DNA from: a virus
Taxonomy: Duplodnaviria; Caudoviricetes
Direction: 5' to 3' (one strand)
DNA length: 28,561 nucleotides
Virus record (IMG/VR): IMGVR_UViG_3300037608_000093
Coordinates: 1-28,561 of that record
The notes below the pieces were generated by a model. The model was given only the letters and a program-made list of their open reading frames with translations, was not told where the DNA came from and did not search any database. Below, piece after piece: positions 18,243 through 26,401 of the stretch; the stretch's first letter is position 1; every line of letters begins with the position of its first letter. A program made the position numbers and the translations under genes.

Positions 18243-18812
18243 TTAATCGGCTCCACCCTTTACGTCAAGCTCTAATTTGCCATGTCCGGAGAGTAAACCT
18301 TCGCACCTCAGCAAAGTCTGCTCAACCAATATAGTATAGTTAGATGGCAAAAGCCTCATTGTTATCACGCTTTGACTTATCTTTATCTGGCACGTAGGGC
18401 ACTTTGCTACAGCTTCTCCCTCTTCAATATATGACTCGAGCAGACTGCCACAATATGCACAACAGCCTTTACCTGTCGTGTTTACATGGCTTGGCTCAGA
18501 CTTTTGCGTTGCTTCTGTTGCCAGTTTACTCGCCTCCTTGGCAAGCTTCCTCCGCTGATGATATTGACGATCATACTCGCGCTGTCTGGCTTTATGAGCC
18601 TTTTGTGCTTCAGGTGATAACTTGTCGAATTTATCTTTTTTCATCTCTTCTCCCTTAGTCTTATCCATTTGATTGCTGAGTTTGCCACTGCCATCACAAT
18701 ATAAACACCGCATTATAGCTTCTGTTCTGGCAATGTACTTATAACCCCTGTCCAACGAAATCGTGCCCTTACCACGGCACACAGGACAGACCTTACTTCC
18801 GACGTTTGTCAT
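18243..18812 (-). CDS. Zinc-finger protein (DnaJ-type CxxCxGxG pair plus second CxxC pair)
   Basis: CPVCRGKG, CLYCDGSG, CAYCG and CPTC motifs; basic central helix. Confidence 0.65.
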   Translation of the reverse strand: MTNVGSKVCPVCRGKGTISLDRGYKYIARTEAIMRCLYCDGSGKLSNQMDKTKGEEMKKDKFDKLSPEAQKAHKARQREYDRQYHQRRKLAKEASKLATEATQKSEPSHVNTTGKGCCAYCGSLLESYIEEGEAVAKCPTCQIKISQSVITMRLLPSNYTILVEQTLLRCEGLLSGHGKLELDVKGGAD

Positions 18813-18954
18813 ACACTATGTCCCGCACCGTGTCAAAGCTCAGATAATGCTTCTCTGCCACTATCCAGATAGCTTGCTTCCGGCTATAACCATTACTTAT
18901 CAGTTCTTCTATTTCTTTTCTGATGATAGTATTTCGGTCTTTGGCTTTGTTCAC
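18793..18954 (-). CDS. 53-aa Mor/C-like HTH protein, candidate late activator (not in ORF track)
   Basis: GTG start after AAGGGG; MNKAKDRNTIIRKEIEELISNGYSRKQAIWIVAEKHYLSFDTVRDIVYDKRRK fits the RN..I...G.S.....A.K..LS..TV..IV pattern. Confidence 0.7.
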   Translation of the reverse strand: MNKAKDRNTIIRKEIEELISNGYSRKQAIWIVAEKHYLSFDTVRDIVYDKRRK

Positions 18955-19144
18955 TTGCACCCCTTTGGTAAATCAACTTATGAACTTCTTGATATGCTGT
19001 CGATCCTTTCTCAAGCTCCCGCAATAGCTTCCTGTTTTCCTTCTGAGCTAACAAATAATACTTCCTCAGCGCACACACCTGCTTGCCGATGCACTGCTTC
19101 AGATCACACTTTGTCACCACGCAACCTTCCATCTCACTCCCCAC
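18893..19144 (-). CDS. Hypothetical Cys-containing protein
   Basis: 83-aa ORF in the coupled early operon. Confidence 0.5.
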   Translation of the reverse strand: MGSEMEGCVVTKCDLKQCIGKQVCALRKYYLLAQKENRKLLRELEKGSTAYQEVHKLIYQRGASEQSQRPKYYHQKRNRRTDK

Positions 19145-19628
19145 ATGAGCTATCTAGTTCTCGGTAACTGCTTGCCTCGCCACATCCCTGTCCATCACTG
19201 TCCATATCGTCCATTCCGCCCATAGATCTTGTAGCGGCAGGCGTCCCCGCCTGTCCGTCATTCGTAATTACCCCCGCAAACACCTCTACTCGGAGCGTCA
19301 GATCTAAGTCTATATATGCTTGTGGATAATTAGCTCTCAGCTTCGTCCGATACCACTCCAGCTCGTTATAATGCGTCAGAGCCTCTCTGCATTTATTCCG
19401 TAACATTACTTCCAGCTCGCTCTTTTCTGCATTTTTCTTTTTGATTTCAGCATTCAGCTCAACCAGTTTAATACACATCAGCTTATCATTTTCTATTAGG
19501 CTTTCACATTGACTTTTATATGCACTGTAAATAGCATATAAACAAAGCACAGCTATGCTCGCCAACGCTCCATACACAGTCAATATCCCGATGATCATTT
19601 GATTACTCATAATACCTCCGTAATTCAT
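19134..19628 (-). CDS. Hypothetical N-terminal TM coiled-coil protein with repeat-derived C-terminus
   Basis: TM followed by coiled coil; the tail NDGQAGTPAATRSMGGMDDMDSDG is encoded by repeat modules; the true start may be ATG 19610. Confidence 0.65.
   Translation of the reverse strand: MNYGGIMSNQMIIGILTVYGALASIAVLCLYAIYSAYKSQCESLIENDKLMCIKLVELNAEIKKKNAEKSELEVMLRNKCREALTHYNELEWYRTKLRANYPQAYIDLDLTLRVEVFAGVITNDGQAGTPAATRSMGGMDDMDSDGQGCGEASSYRELDSSCGE
19190..19270 (+). repeat. Composite repeat: GTCCAT array + GTAG-REP-like hairpin + GTAATT unit
   Basis: GTAGCGGCAGGCGTCCCCGCCTGTCCGT at 19231-19258, identical to 19676-19703 and 24557-24584. Confidence 0.9.
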
Positions 19629-19725
19629 GATTCGTAATATCTATTTGTCCTTGTCCATTTTCGTCCATGCTTACTGTAGCGGCAGGCGTCCCCGCCTGTC
19701 CGTACCTCAGTCCATTCTCGCCCAT
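19620..19725 (+). repeat. Composite intergenic repeat: GTAATTC-like units, GTCCAT units and GTAG-REP-like hairpin
   Basis: Hairpin at 19676-19703 flanked on both sides by GTCCAT units. Confidence 0.85.
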
Positions 19726-19728
19726 AGC

Positions 19729-20364
19729 TCATAAGCTGCTAAAGTCCAATACGATGGTTCGCATCACGCCCTTCTCATCCTTTTCCTGAAAGTAGAAGTA
19801 GTCTTTGGTGCTCGCTACGGTTATCGCATCCGCTATCAGATCCATTGCCCGCTTCCATACGTCTGCTTTTTCACCGATTATCTTTAGCTTGCGTAATCCC
19901 AATATCTCTTTGGCATCGACCTTTCCCGCTTGATTTACATCAAATGCTTTGCTCACAATAGCCACCAGGTTGGCGTTGCTATCACCGCCCCACGCTACTA
20001 TACAATCATCTATTAGTTGCTTAGCCAGTTGCAGATTGTTATCAAACGTGAGAAACCGACCTATCTTTTTAAAGACCGCCTTGTCTCGGCTAAAGTCCCG
20101 CAGTACCGCATTGCCCTTCCATTCCTTTTTGATTTTACCGGCTTTAGTGGCTAAATTGGCATTTATCATAACTGCCATCTCAGCTTTAACCATCTTAATG
20201 TGCTCTTGCAGCTCATGTGCCTTCGTTATCAGCTTGGATACCAATGTATCCTCTGCGATTACTTCCTCATCCAATGCCTCAACCGGCACCTTATTCCCGT
20301 TGGCATCCACCCAATATACTTGCTTCTTGGTGACAACAACTTCTTCTGTTTCTATCTTAGCCAT
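19729..20364 (-). CDS. DUF3164 family Mu-like phage protein
   Basis: FDNNLQLAKQLIDDCI..W, AFDVNQAGKVDAKEILGLRKL and WKRAMDLIADAI motifs. Confidence 0.88.
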   Translation of the reverse strand: MAKIETEEVVVTKKQVYWVDANGNKVPVEALDEEVIAEDTLVSKLITKAHELQEHIKMVKAEMAVMINANLATKAGKIKKEWKGNAVLRDFSRDKAVFKKIGRFLTFDNNLQLAKQLIDDCIVAWGGDSNANLVAIVSKAFDVNQAGKVDAKEILGLRKLKIIGEKADVWKRAMDLIADAITVASTKDYFYFQEKDEKGVMRTIVLDFSSL

Positions 20365-21025
20365 TAGTCACCTCTCCGTCATTCCCGTGCAGACGGGAAT
20401 CCATGCTCTTTTGTCCAGCTTGTCCATTAGCTTCCATTTCTTGCTCAAATTTCCGTTGCTTGATCTTGATTTGCTTGCGCACTTCATCCCAGTCCGAGTC
20501 CTGGAAGTATAGTGCCATCTTAAAAAGGAAGTCCTTTTTATTGCAGTTCAGCAGCTCGCAGCCCATTTCTGCCCATTGACTGATTAACACTTCTTTATAA
20601 TCAGGTCTTACTCGTCGTTTACGCTCTGCCTTGACCTCTGCATTAAGCTCGCTTAAATCACACTGTTTGGCTTTTTCCAGCCAGATATCATTGCCTTCTT
20701 CATCAGGCTTGCCCACCAGGTTAGCAACTACGCTCAGCTTTTCCAGACCTATTTCTTTCAGTTCTTCTGCCGAAAGATTCATGCTCACTACATAAACTTC
20801 ATACAGCTTAATTAGCTTATTAGCCATCGTATTACCAAAGCCCTGCTGATTTTCCACAAACTCCTTAAAGCTGTCATAGCCCTTCATCTTCCACAGCCTG
20901 CCAGCTTTAATTTCATGCAGCAGTTGACCTATCTGGATAAAGTCCTCATCCAGTCTCTTACGTAGATTTTGCAAAGCCTCAAACTTCTCATTTGGGGTCA
21001 TTGTTTCACTTTTTTTCGCATCCAT
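20357..21025 (-). CDS. Hypothetical DNA-binding protein (DUF3102-like N-terminus)
   Basis: FIQIGQLLHEIK...GYDSFKEFVE...G....A.KLI pattern; C-terminal MDSRLHGNDG comes from a hairpin repeat. Confidence 0.6.
   Translation of the reverse strand: MDAKKSETMTPNEKFEALQNLRKRLDEDFIQIGQLLHEIKAGRLWKMKGYDSFKEFVENQQGFGNTMANKLIKLYEVYVVSMNLSAEELKEIGLEKLSVVANLVGKPDEEGNDIWLEKAKQCDLSELNAEVKAERKRRVRPDYKEVLISQWAEMGCELLNCNKKDFLFKMALYFQDSDWDEVRKQIKIKQRKFEQEMEANGQAGQKSMDSRLHGNDGEVTNG
20378..20402 (+). repeat. dRS3-like hairpin ATTCCCGT-GCAG-ACGGGAAT inside CDS
   Basis: Fits ATTCCC-N8-GGGAAT; variant of the copies at 6383, 25637 and 26476. Confidence 0.9.
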
Positions 21026-21063
21026 CTGTATCTCCTTTTATTTGGTTGATTGTTGAGTTTGTT

Positions 21064-21099
21064 GTCCATCACAGTCCATTTCTGTCCATCCACGTCCAT
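21064..21099 (+). repeat. GTCCAT micro-array (4 units, exact 10-bp period)
   Basis: Units at 21064, 21074, 21084 and 21094; intergenic. Confidence 0.9.
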
Positions 21100-21105
21100 A
21101 ATTCG

Positions 21106-21507
21106 TCATTTTGTAACCACGCACTGCACCACAACCGTGCGTAATTTCATTAACTGGTCATAGCTCAGCTCTCTCAGGCTTTCACCATAGCCCCATTGAG
21201 CCATATTACTATGTAACCAGTCCAGATTATACCCGGCGTTAATTACTGTCGCCACAAGGTTCTGCCGGATGCTCTTGCACTGCTCAAACTTCGCCTTATC
21301 GGCATAAGCTTTCATCGTCACAATAGCTTGACGCATCTCTGTCTCATTCAGCACGTTCATATGCGTTGCCTTAAATTGCTTCAACAGATACGCCGCAAAT
21401 CGGCTGATTTTAGGGTCTCGCTTACTCGGCTTATCCCAGCCGGCAATGCACACCAGATGCCACAGAAAATCACCTTGATTGTTAAACTTGGCTTTCCCCA
21501 TAACCAT
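21106..21507 (-). CDS. Putative GemA/gp16-like (DUF1018) protein
   Basis: FAAYLLKQFKATHMNVLNETEMRQAIVTMK and SLRELSYDQLMKL resemble GemA segments; Mu early-region synteny. Confidence 0.5.
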   Translation of the reverse strand: MVMGKAKFNNQGDFLWHLVCIAGWDKPSKRDPKISRFAAYLLKQFKATHMNVLNETEMRQAIVTMKAYADKAKFEQCKSIRQNLVATVINAGYNLDWLHSNMAQWGYGESLRELSYDQLMKLRTVVVQCVVTK

Positions 21508-21814
21508 ACCTCACATCAATCTCTAAGTCGCTGAAGGAGACCTTCTCCATATCTCGCATAGCCCGCTCCAACCTTCGTTTGTTTTCCCCTTCCCGCAACC
21601 AGGCTACTCTGTTAAACTGTGGATTATAACGGTAATAATATGGAACCTTACCCTTATGCTTCACCTGCTTAACCTCGCCGATTTTAACCATTTCCTTGAT
21701 TGCTCTAGTCACCACACTATACTCCACCTTGGTGGCTTCTGCTATGTCGTGCATCGTAAATATCCTGCCCACCTGCTCCACATAGTTATCCACCAGTGCC
21801 CAGCTTTTACTCAT
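21482..21814 (-). CDS. Winged-helix DNA-binding protein
   Basis: FTMHDIAEATKVEYSVVTRAIKEMVKIGEVK wHTH pattern; follows the B ATPase. Confidence 0.75.
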   Translation of the reverse strand: MSKSWALVDNYVEQVGRIFTMHDIAEATKVEYSVVTRAIKEMVKIGEVKQVKHKGKVPYYYRYNPQFNRVAWLREGENKRRLERAMRDMEKVSFSDLEIDVRYGYGESQV

Positions 21815-22535
21815 TATCTGCCCCCTTAAAGTCGGCTATCCCCAGCTTGGTCTTCTTCAGTTGAGCTGCCTTGCTTTCAAGTTTATCCAGCGTCTTCACC
21901 AGCTTCCGCAGATTCCCGCCTGTCCGCTTCATTACCCACTCCAAAAGCTCATCATCCAGCTCAATCTCACTGATTTCTTTGATTACCAATCGGTAATCTT
22001 CCAAACTGTTCTTTTTATACTGATAAAAAAACATACAACGGTCAAAAAAGTGCTTGTTATAACGCTCTATAGCGTTTTTACTGTCGTGCTCGCCCACCAT
22101 GATGATGCTCACAAATGTCAGATCGGCAAAGTCCCGGATTTCCTCCAAAATGTCCCACCGCCTAAACTGGATCGGAAGGTTAATCTCATCTATCACGATT
22201 ACAAACTGCGGATTATCCGCCATTATCTCGATGCAAGCATTCTCCAGCTCCGCCAATGTCCCCTTAAACGTCTGCGGTGCGCCAAACACCCGCTTCGTCA
22301 AGCGGCTGTAAATCTCTGTTAAAAACCACTTGGAGCTGCACTTCTCCTGCATCCTCAGATACATCCAACCTTTACTGAAAGCCATCTGCTCCATCTGCAT
22401 CGTTTTCCCCAGCCCGGGGTCACCATAGATTAGTGCCAAGCCCCTCTGCTCAGTCCGCGTCCGGTTTAATAACCCGTGTATCTGACGCTCACACGCCACC
22501 ACGTTACTTGTTCTTGCCATTTTGCGCTCTTTCAT
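21807..22535 (-). CDS. MuB-like AAA+ transposition ATPase
   Basis: Walker A GDPGLGKT, Walker B VIVIDE, IIMVGE and TGGNLRKL motifs; directly after the transposase. Confidence 0.93.
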   Translation of the reverse strand: MKERKMARTSNVVACERQIHGLLNRTRTEQRGLALIYGDPGLGKTMQMEQMAFSKGWMYLRMQEKCSSKWFLTEIYSRLTKRVFGAPQTFKGTLAELENACIEIMADNPQFVIVIDEINLPIQFRRWDILEEIRDFADLTFVSIIMVGEHDSKNAIERYNKHFFDRCMFFYQYKKNSLEDYRLVIKEISEIELDDELLEWVMKRTGGNLRKLVKTLDKLESKAAQLKKTKLGIADFKGADNE

Positions 22536-22548
22536 ATTGTTAGTCTCC

Positions 22549-25263
22549 TTATCCTAATGTGTTTCGTAATAGTTCATTTAAGTTTGCCTCAGCTTCCACA
22601 CTGCTTTCCAGTTCGCCGTCCATTGTGTCCATATCGTCCATTGGCTCCATATCGTTCCTTTCATTCTTTACTGTCTCCTCTCCCTGCTCCAGCTCCGCCA
22701 TTATTACATCCTCTGCCAGCTCCTGCTTATCTCGGGCACCTTGCTCCTGCACCACCTGTATCAGCTTATTACTCATTATCAGCTCGTCCCTTTTGCCCCC
22801 TGCCAATGCCGGATGCTCACCTATTATTTGACGCAAACCTGTTACCGCCTTTTTATAGCGGCTCAATGTGTGACGGATCAGTCGGTTGTGATGCCTCACT
22901 ATCCCCTGCTCCAGTTCTCCAGCATCCACTGCTGTAGGATGTGTGTATAACCTTGCCGTTGCCTGACAGATAAATTCCTCACTCAGGCTGTAAACCAGGA
23001 TAAACCGGTCTTCCAAAAGACCATATCTTACCTTTACCGTCTCTTTTACATAATTGATTAGCTCAGGATGATAATACCGTTGACCCTTGATTGTGATACC
23101 ATTATTGCTCACCTTCTTTGTTTCACACCTTAGTAGATAAACATAGTCCTCAGCCCGCACAAACCGCTCTGCTGATATCTGCTTCCTACCTTCGCTAAAA
23201 ACTTCCCAAGGTGTTCTTCCATTCAGGCTCACCTTCGGCATATGTGCATATTGACCCATTATATAGTCTTCCAAGGCTGCCTTAAATTCACTCACTTCCA
23301 GTGCCTCACGCTTCTCCAGCTTCTGCAGCCACTTCTCGTTCCGGTGACTGCTCGCTGGTTTACCGCTCACACTCGTGCCGGTAAATGATGCCAAATATCG
23401 CTCAAATTGACTGCATAATGTACCAAATCCACGCTCAATCAGTGCCTTACCCTTGGCATTATAAGCTCGGTGCATCTGCACCCGCTTTACTCCGCTCCGA
23501 TAATATATACCCTGCAGCTCAGCGATGTCCTTCTCACCCAAGGTCTCCTTGCTCACAAAACCGCTTCCGTTATCCTGCTTGATGCTGATTGGTACATAGC
23601 CAGCAAAGAGCAGATGATTCATATAAGCTTCCTGGATCATCCGGCTGTTTTCCGTCCAATCCAGGCTAAATCCCGTAAACATCCGGCTCGCTGTATCCAT
23701 AAATCCGCACAGGTGGGGACGCACTGCCTTACCCGTAAACGGATTGCGCACCATCACATTCAGTAGCTTGCCATCCGTCTGACACTGGTCACCCACCTTT
23801 AGCGTTGAATAGTCCATCAATATCGTCGGTAACCGGTGCTCGATAAAATACTTCTCGCCCTTCAGTCTTAGTTCCCACTCGCATTTATGCGCACTTATCC
23901 AGCGCTTGATTGCCCGCTCCAAGGTTCGCTCACTCACGGGTAACGCCTTGCCCTGTTTCTTATACTGCTCCCAAGCCCATTTATTGATTACGCTCCCGAT
24001 GCTCACTTGCCTGTCGCTAAATAGCAGTGCCAAACACCAGTCCACATCTTCCTTCGCCGCCAGGCTCGCCTTCGCCGGGCCACGCACATCTGCCAATACC
24101 CGATAGTCAAGCTTGGCTTCCAGATAGTCCTTCCGCCAACGATACAGCGTCCGCTCACTGATTGTGCCCTGATTCTTATATAGCTCCGGCACCATTAAGC
24201 CTTCGTTATACATCTCCACAAATCGGCTCATCACCGTTGACCTTTTATCTGGATAAGATTCCGCATACCTCTCATATTCACGCACCAGCTCTGCTCTCAG
24301 CTTTGCCTGCCGGTCCTGCTTCTCCGGCAGTTCCTGCACAGTCGGGATAAAGATAGGAACCTCTCCGCTCCCAAAATCACGCAACGCAAGACTGCTAATC
24401 CCGGCATCAAGCCTGCCTTTCGCAGTGGTGATGTCCACCGCCGGTAAGGGAGAAGCTAAACCACCTAAACCATCTAAACTAACTAAACCTTCTAAGCTTC
24501 CCTCAACCTTTGCCACATCCAACACCGCCACTTCACATGGTTCGTCATTCACACCAGTAGCGGCAGGCGTCCCCGCCTGTCCGTAAAGTCCATCTTCGTC
24601 CATATCGTCCAGTTCCGGTGCTTCGTTTACTGCTTCCACATCATGGTGGACGAGCTTCAAACCTTTATAGTTATAATCACCCAGGTGTGTAAACTTTTGG
24701 ATCATCTGTTTATCTCTGCATTGACGACCATATTCTTTTGCCCATTGCTCATCAGAGAACTGAAATCCACATAAATCCGTCACCATAGGTTTAAGTATTT
24801 CGCATTTTACGTTATTCCAACAGGCTTTTTTGCATAAGACACAGCACTCGGCACACCTGCGGGCAGTGTGACAGCTATTGCATACCTGCCGGCAACGTAC
24901 AAGCTCACCTTCCTCCCAATCAGGACCATAAATATAAGCATTGCTGCCATAATTTGTACAAATTTGGGTGTCAGTGGTGTCATGGTTGTCATGGTTGTCA
25001 TGGTTGTCATGGTTGTCATGGTTGTCATGGTTGTCATGGTTGTCATGGTTGTCATGGTTGTCATGGTTGTCATGGTTGTCATGGTTGTCATGGTTGTCAT
25101 GGTTGTCATGGTTGTCATGGATTTGCCATGCCATTCTACCTGGTATTGTTTTATGTTCTACTTCGATAGCGTTAACCTTACCTATCTTTATCGCTTTTAA
25201 TACCGCCTGTCTGCTTATCCCCTTCAGCTCCGCATACTCTTTCACTGTATATTGTGCCATCAT
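22549..25263 (-). CDS. MuA-like DDE transposase with expanded N-terminal linker
   Basis: N-terminal HTH (YTVKEYAELKGISRQAV), ISERTLYRW HTH, DDE triad QTDG / QDNGSGF / IERGF, and a Mu-type C-terminal beta-barrel (VSNNGITIKGQRY). Confidence 0.95.
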   Translation of the reverse strand: MMAQYTVKEYAELKGISRQAVLKAIKIGKVNAIEVEHKTIPGRMAWQIHDNHDNHDNHDNHDNHDNHDNHDNHDNHDNHDNHDNHDNHDNHDNHDTTDTQICTNYGSNAYIYGPDWEEGELVRCRQVCNSCHTARRCAECCVLCKKACWNNVKCEILKPMVTDLCGFQFSDEQWAKEYGRQCRDKQMIQKFTHLGDYNYKGLKLVHHDVEAVNEAPELDDMDEDGLYGQAGTPAATGVNDEPCEVAVLDVAKVEGSLEGLVSLDGLGGLASPLPAVDITTAKGRLDAGISSLALRDFGSGEVPIFIPTVQELPEKQDRQAKLRAELVREYERYAESYPDKRSTVMSRFVEMYNEGLMVPELYKNQGTISERTLYRWRKDYLEAKLDYRVLADVRGPAKASLAAKEDVDWCLALLFSDRQVSIGSVINKWAWEQYKKQGKALPVSERTLERAIKRWISAHKCEWELRLKGEKYFIEHRLPTILMDYSTLKVGDQCQTDGKLLNVMVRNPFTGKAVRPHLCGFMDTASRMFTGFSLDWTENSRMIQEAYMNHLLFAGYVPISIKQDNGSGFVSKETLGEKDIAELQGIYYRSGVKRVQMHRAYNAKGKALIERGFGTLCSQFERYLASFTGTSVSGKPASSHRNEKWLQKLEKREALEVSEFKAALEDYIMGQYAHMPKVSLNGRTPWEVFSEGRKQISAERFVRAEDYVYLLRCETKKVSNNGITIKGQRYYHPELINYVKETVKVRYGLLEDRFILVYSLSEEFICQATARLYTHPTAVDAGELEQGIVRHHNRLIRHTLSRYKKAVTGLRQIIGEHPALAGGKRDELIMSNKLIQVVQEQGARDKQELAEDVIMAELEQGEETVKNERNDMEPMDDMDTMDGELESSVEAEANLNELLRNTLG
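24456..24611 (+). repeat. Repeat modules inside transposase linker: CTAAAC x5 (9-bp period), GTAG-REP-like hairpin, GTCCAT array
   Basis: CTAA(A/G)C at 24456, 24465, 24474, 24483 and 24492; hairpin 24557-24584; GTCCA at 24588, 24598 and 24607. Confidence 0.85.
24979..25120 (+). repeat. Perfect 9-bp tandem repeat (GTCATGGTT), about 15.8 copies, encoding (HDN)n in the transposase
   Basis: 142 bp with no mismatches. Confidence 0.97.
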
Positions 25264-25529
25264 TTCACCTCCATTATCGGAAGCGGACAGTCACTCCGGC
25301 ACCCATCCATTTCTACTTCATTCCGCACTGACGGATGATAGCTTTCTTCTTTATATGTATCATCAGCTTGACGAACGTTATGTTTAAGAGTAATTAACTT
25401 GCATACTGCGGTTGTGGAATATTTGCCACCGGTCTTAAAGTGTTGCATGTGCTTCCCGGGACAATCCTTGCAACCAGCCACTTTAATTGTCGCCGCCGGG
25501 GTTTTATAAAGTCTAAAAATTCTTGCCAT
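25260..25529 (-). CDS. Hypothetical Cys-rich protein
   Basis: AGGTGA RBS; CKDCP...C...CRSDCPL; overlaps the transposase start. Confidence 0.65.
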   Translation of the reverse strand: MARIFRLYKTPAATIKVAGCKDCPGKHMQHFKTGGKYSTTAVCKLITLKHNVRQADDTYKEESYHPSVRNEVEMDGCRSDCPLPIMEVK

Positions 25530-25546
25530 AGCTCACCTGCCTTATT

Positions 25547-25688
25547 GTAGGGACATGCCTTGCGCTTGTCCTTTGTAGCGTAGCATTCCAATGCTGCGCA
25601 CCCCTTAATTGTAGCGGCATGCGTCCCCGCATGTCCGTCATTCCAGCGTAGGCTGGAATCCAGTCCGTAACTCGTAATTCGTAATTAA
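25547..25688 (+). repeat. Tandem cassette of four different hairpins plus GTAATTC heptamers
   Basis: GTAG hairpins at 25547-25571, 25575-25599 and 25611-25638; dRS3-like 25637-25661; heptamers 25667-25688. Confidence 0.9.
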
Positions 25689-25831
25689 TATTTACACCCT
25701 CACCCTTTATAAAATTAGGGCTGTAGTTAGCTACTCCCACAGCCCCGGCAGGTGATTGGGTATTTGTTGTTGACACATTATAAGCTCTTGATATTATTTG
25801 ATTTACTATTAAATCCATAGAGGATGTATTA

Positions 25832-26110
25832 ATGAATACCTTTTTTATAATTGCTTCTTTTGTCGGTGCTTTCGGCTCAGGGTTTGGACTTGGCTTCAAT
25901 GTCGGAAAGCAAAATCTGCTGCATAAAGTTATTGAACAGTGCCCGCTTAAACAAGGCTCTGTCGAGTCCACTCGCAAAAGCTCTCGTCTCGTTTCCATCG
26001 CTTGTGGCTCTATAACCCCCGATAAGCAATGTTTGAAGAACAATAAACGGTGTTTATTCTTTAAACAGTCTTGGCTTTTAAGGCTCATTGTTCGTCGTCG
26101 TCCTGCTTAG
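25832..26110 (+). CDS. Moron-like N-terminal TM Cys-containing protein, antisense to early operon
   Basis: AGAGGA RBS, hydrophobic N-terminus, AT-rich upstream region. Confidence 0.6.
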   Translation: MNTFFIIASFVGAFGSGFGLGFNVGKQNLLHKVIEQCPLKQGSVESTRKSSRLVSIACGSITPDKQCLKNNKRCLFFKQSWLLRLIVRRRPA

Positions 26111-26237
26111 GCTCGTCAGTGTCATCCTTAGTCTTCCTGCTTGGCAGGTTACTAAAAAACACACCCAACATCACGCCCACACTAAAACAGATTACCACCC
26201 AGCAGATGGCTTCAGTGACGCTGCTTATCCCTATCAT
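26085..26237 (-). CDS. 50-aa single-TM microprotein (not in ORF track)
   Basis: MIGISSVTEAICWVVICFSVGVMLGVFFSNLPSRKTKDDTDEPKQDDDEQ; ATGA-coupled to the upstream ORF. Confidence 0.6.
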   Translation of the reverse strand: MIGISSVTEAICWVVICFSVGVMLGVFFSNLPSRKTKDDTDEPKQDDDEQ

Positions 26238-26401
26238 TTGCCCCGCCCCATTAGCCAATATCCATATATCCCCAGCACTCCGCCCACAATATAAACGATT
26301 ATTGACCAGTGTTGAGCACTGCTATATCCGATTAACCCGGATGCTGCCATCATGCCGATGCCGGCACCTGAACATTTTTCAGCAGTATTTAGCTTCTTCA
26401 T
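26234..26401 (-). CDS. 55-aa two-TM microprotein (not in ORF track)
   Basis: MKKLNTAEKCSGAGIGMMAASGLIGYSSAQHWSIIVYIVGGVLGIYGYWLMGRGK; ATGA overlaps at both ends. Confidence 0.6.
   Translation of the reverse strand: MKKLNTAEKCSGAGIGMMAASGLIGYSSAQHWSIIVYIVGGVLGIYGYWLMGRGK

Noticed and set aside
786-24350. Numerous 60-200-aa ORFs antisense to or nested in the called genes
   Set aside because: Shadow ORFs favoured by the strand skew; no motifs or RBS support.
24807-25387. ORFs with (MTT)n, (VMV)n, (CHG)n and (SWL)n tracts
   Set aside because: Alternative-frame readings of the 9-bp VNTR inside the transposase.
25394-26088. - strand ORFs 25513..26088 and 25394..25591
   Set aside because: Made of the antisense of the 92-aa gene plus translated hairpin repeats; no convincing RBS.
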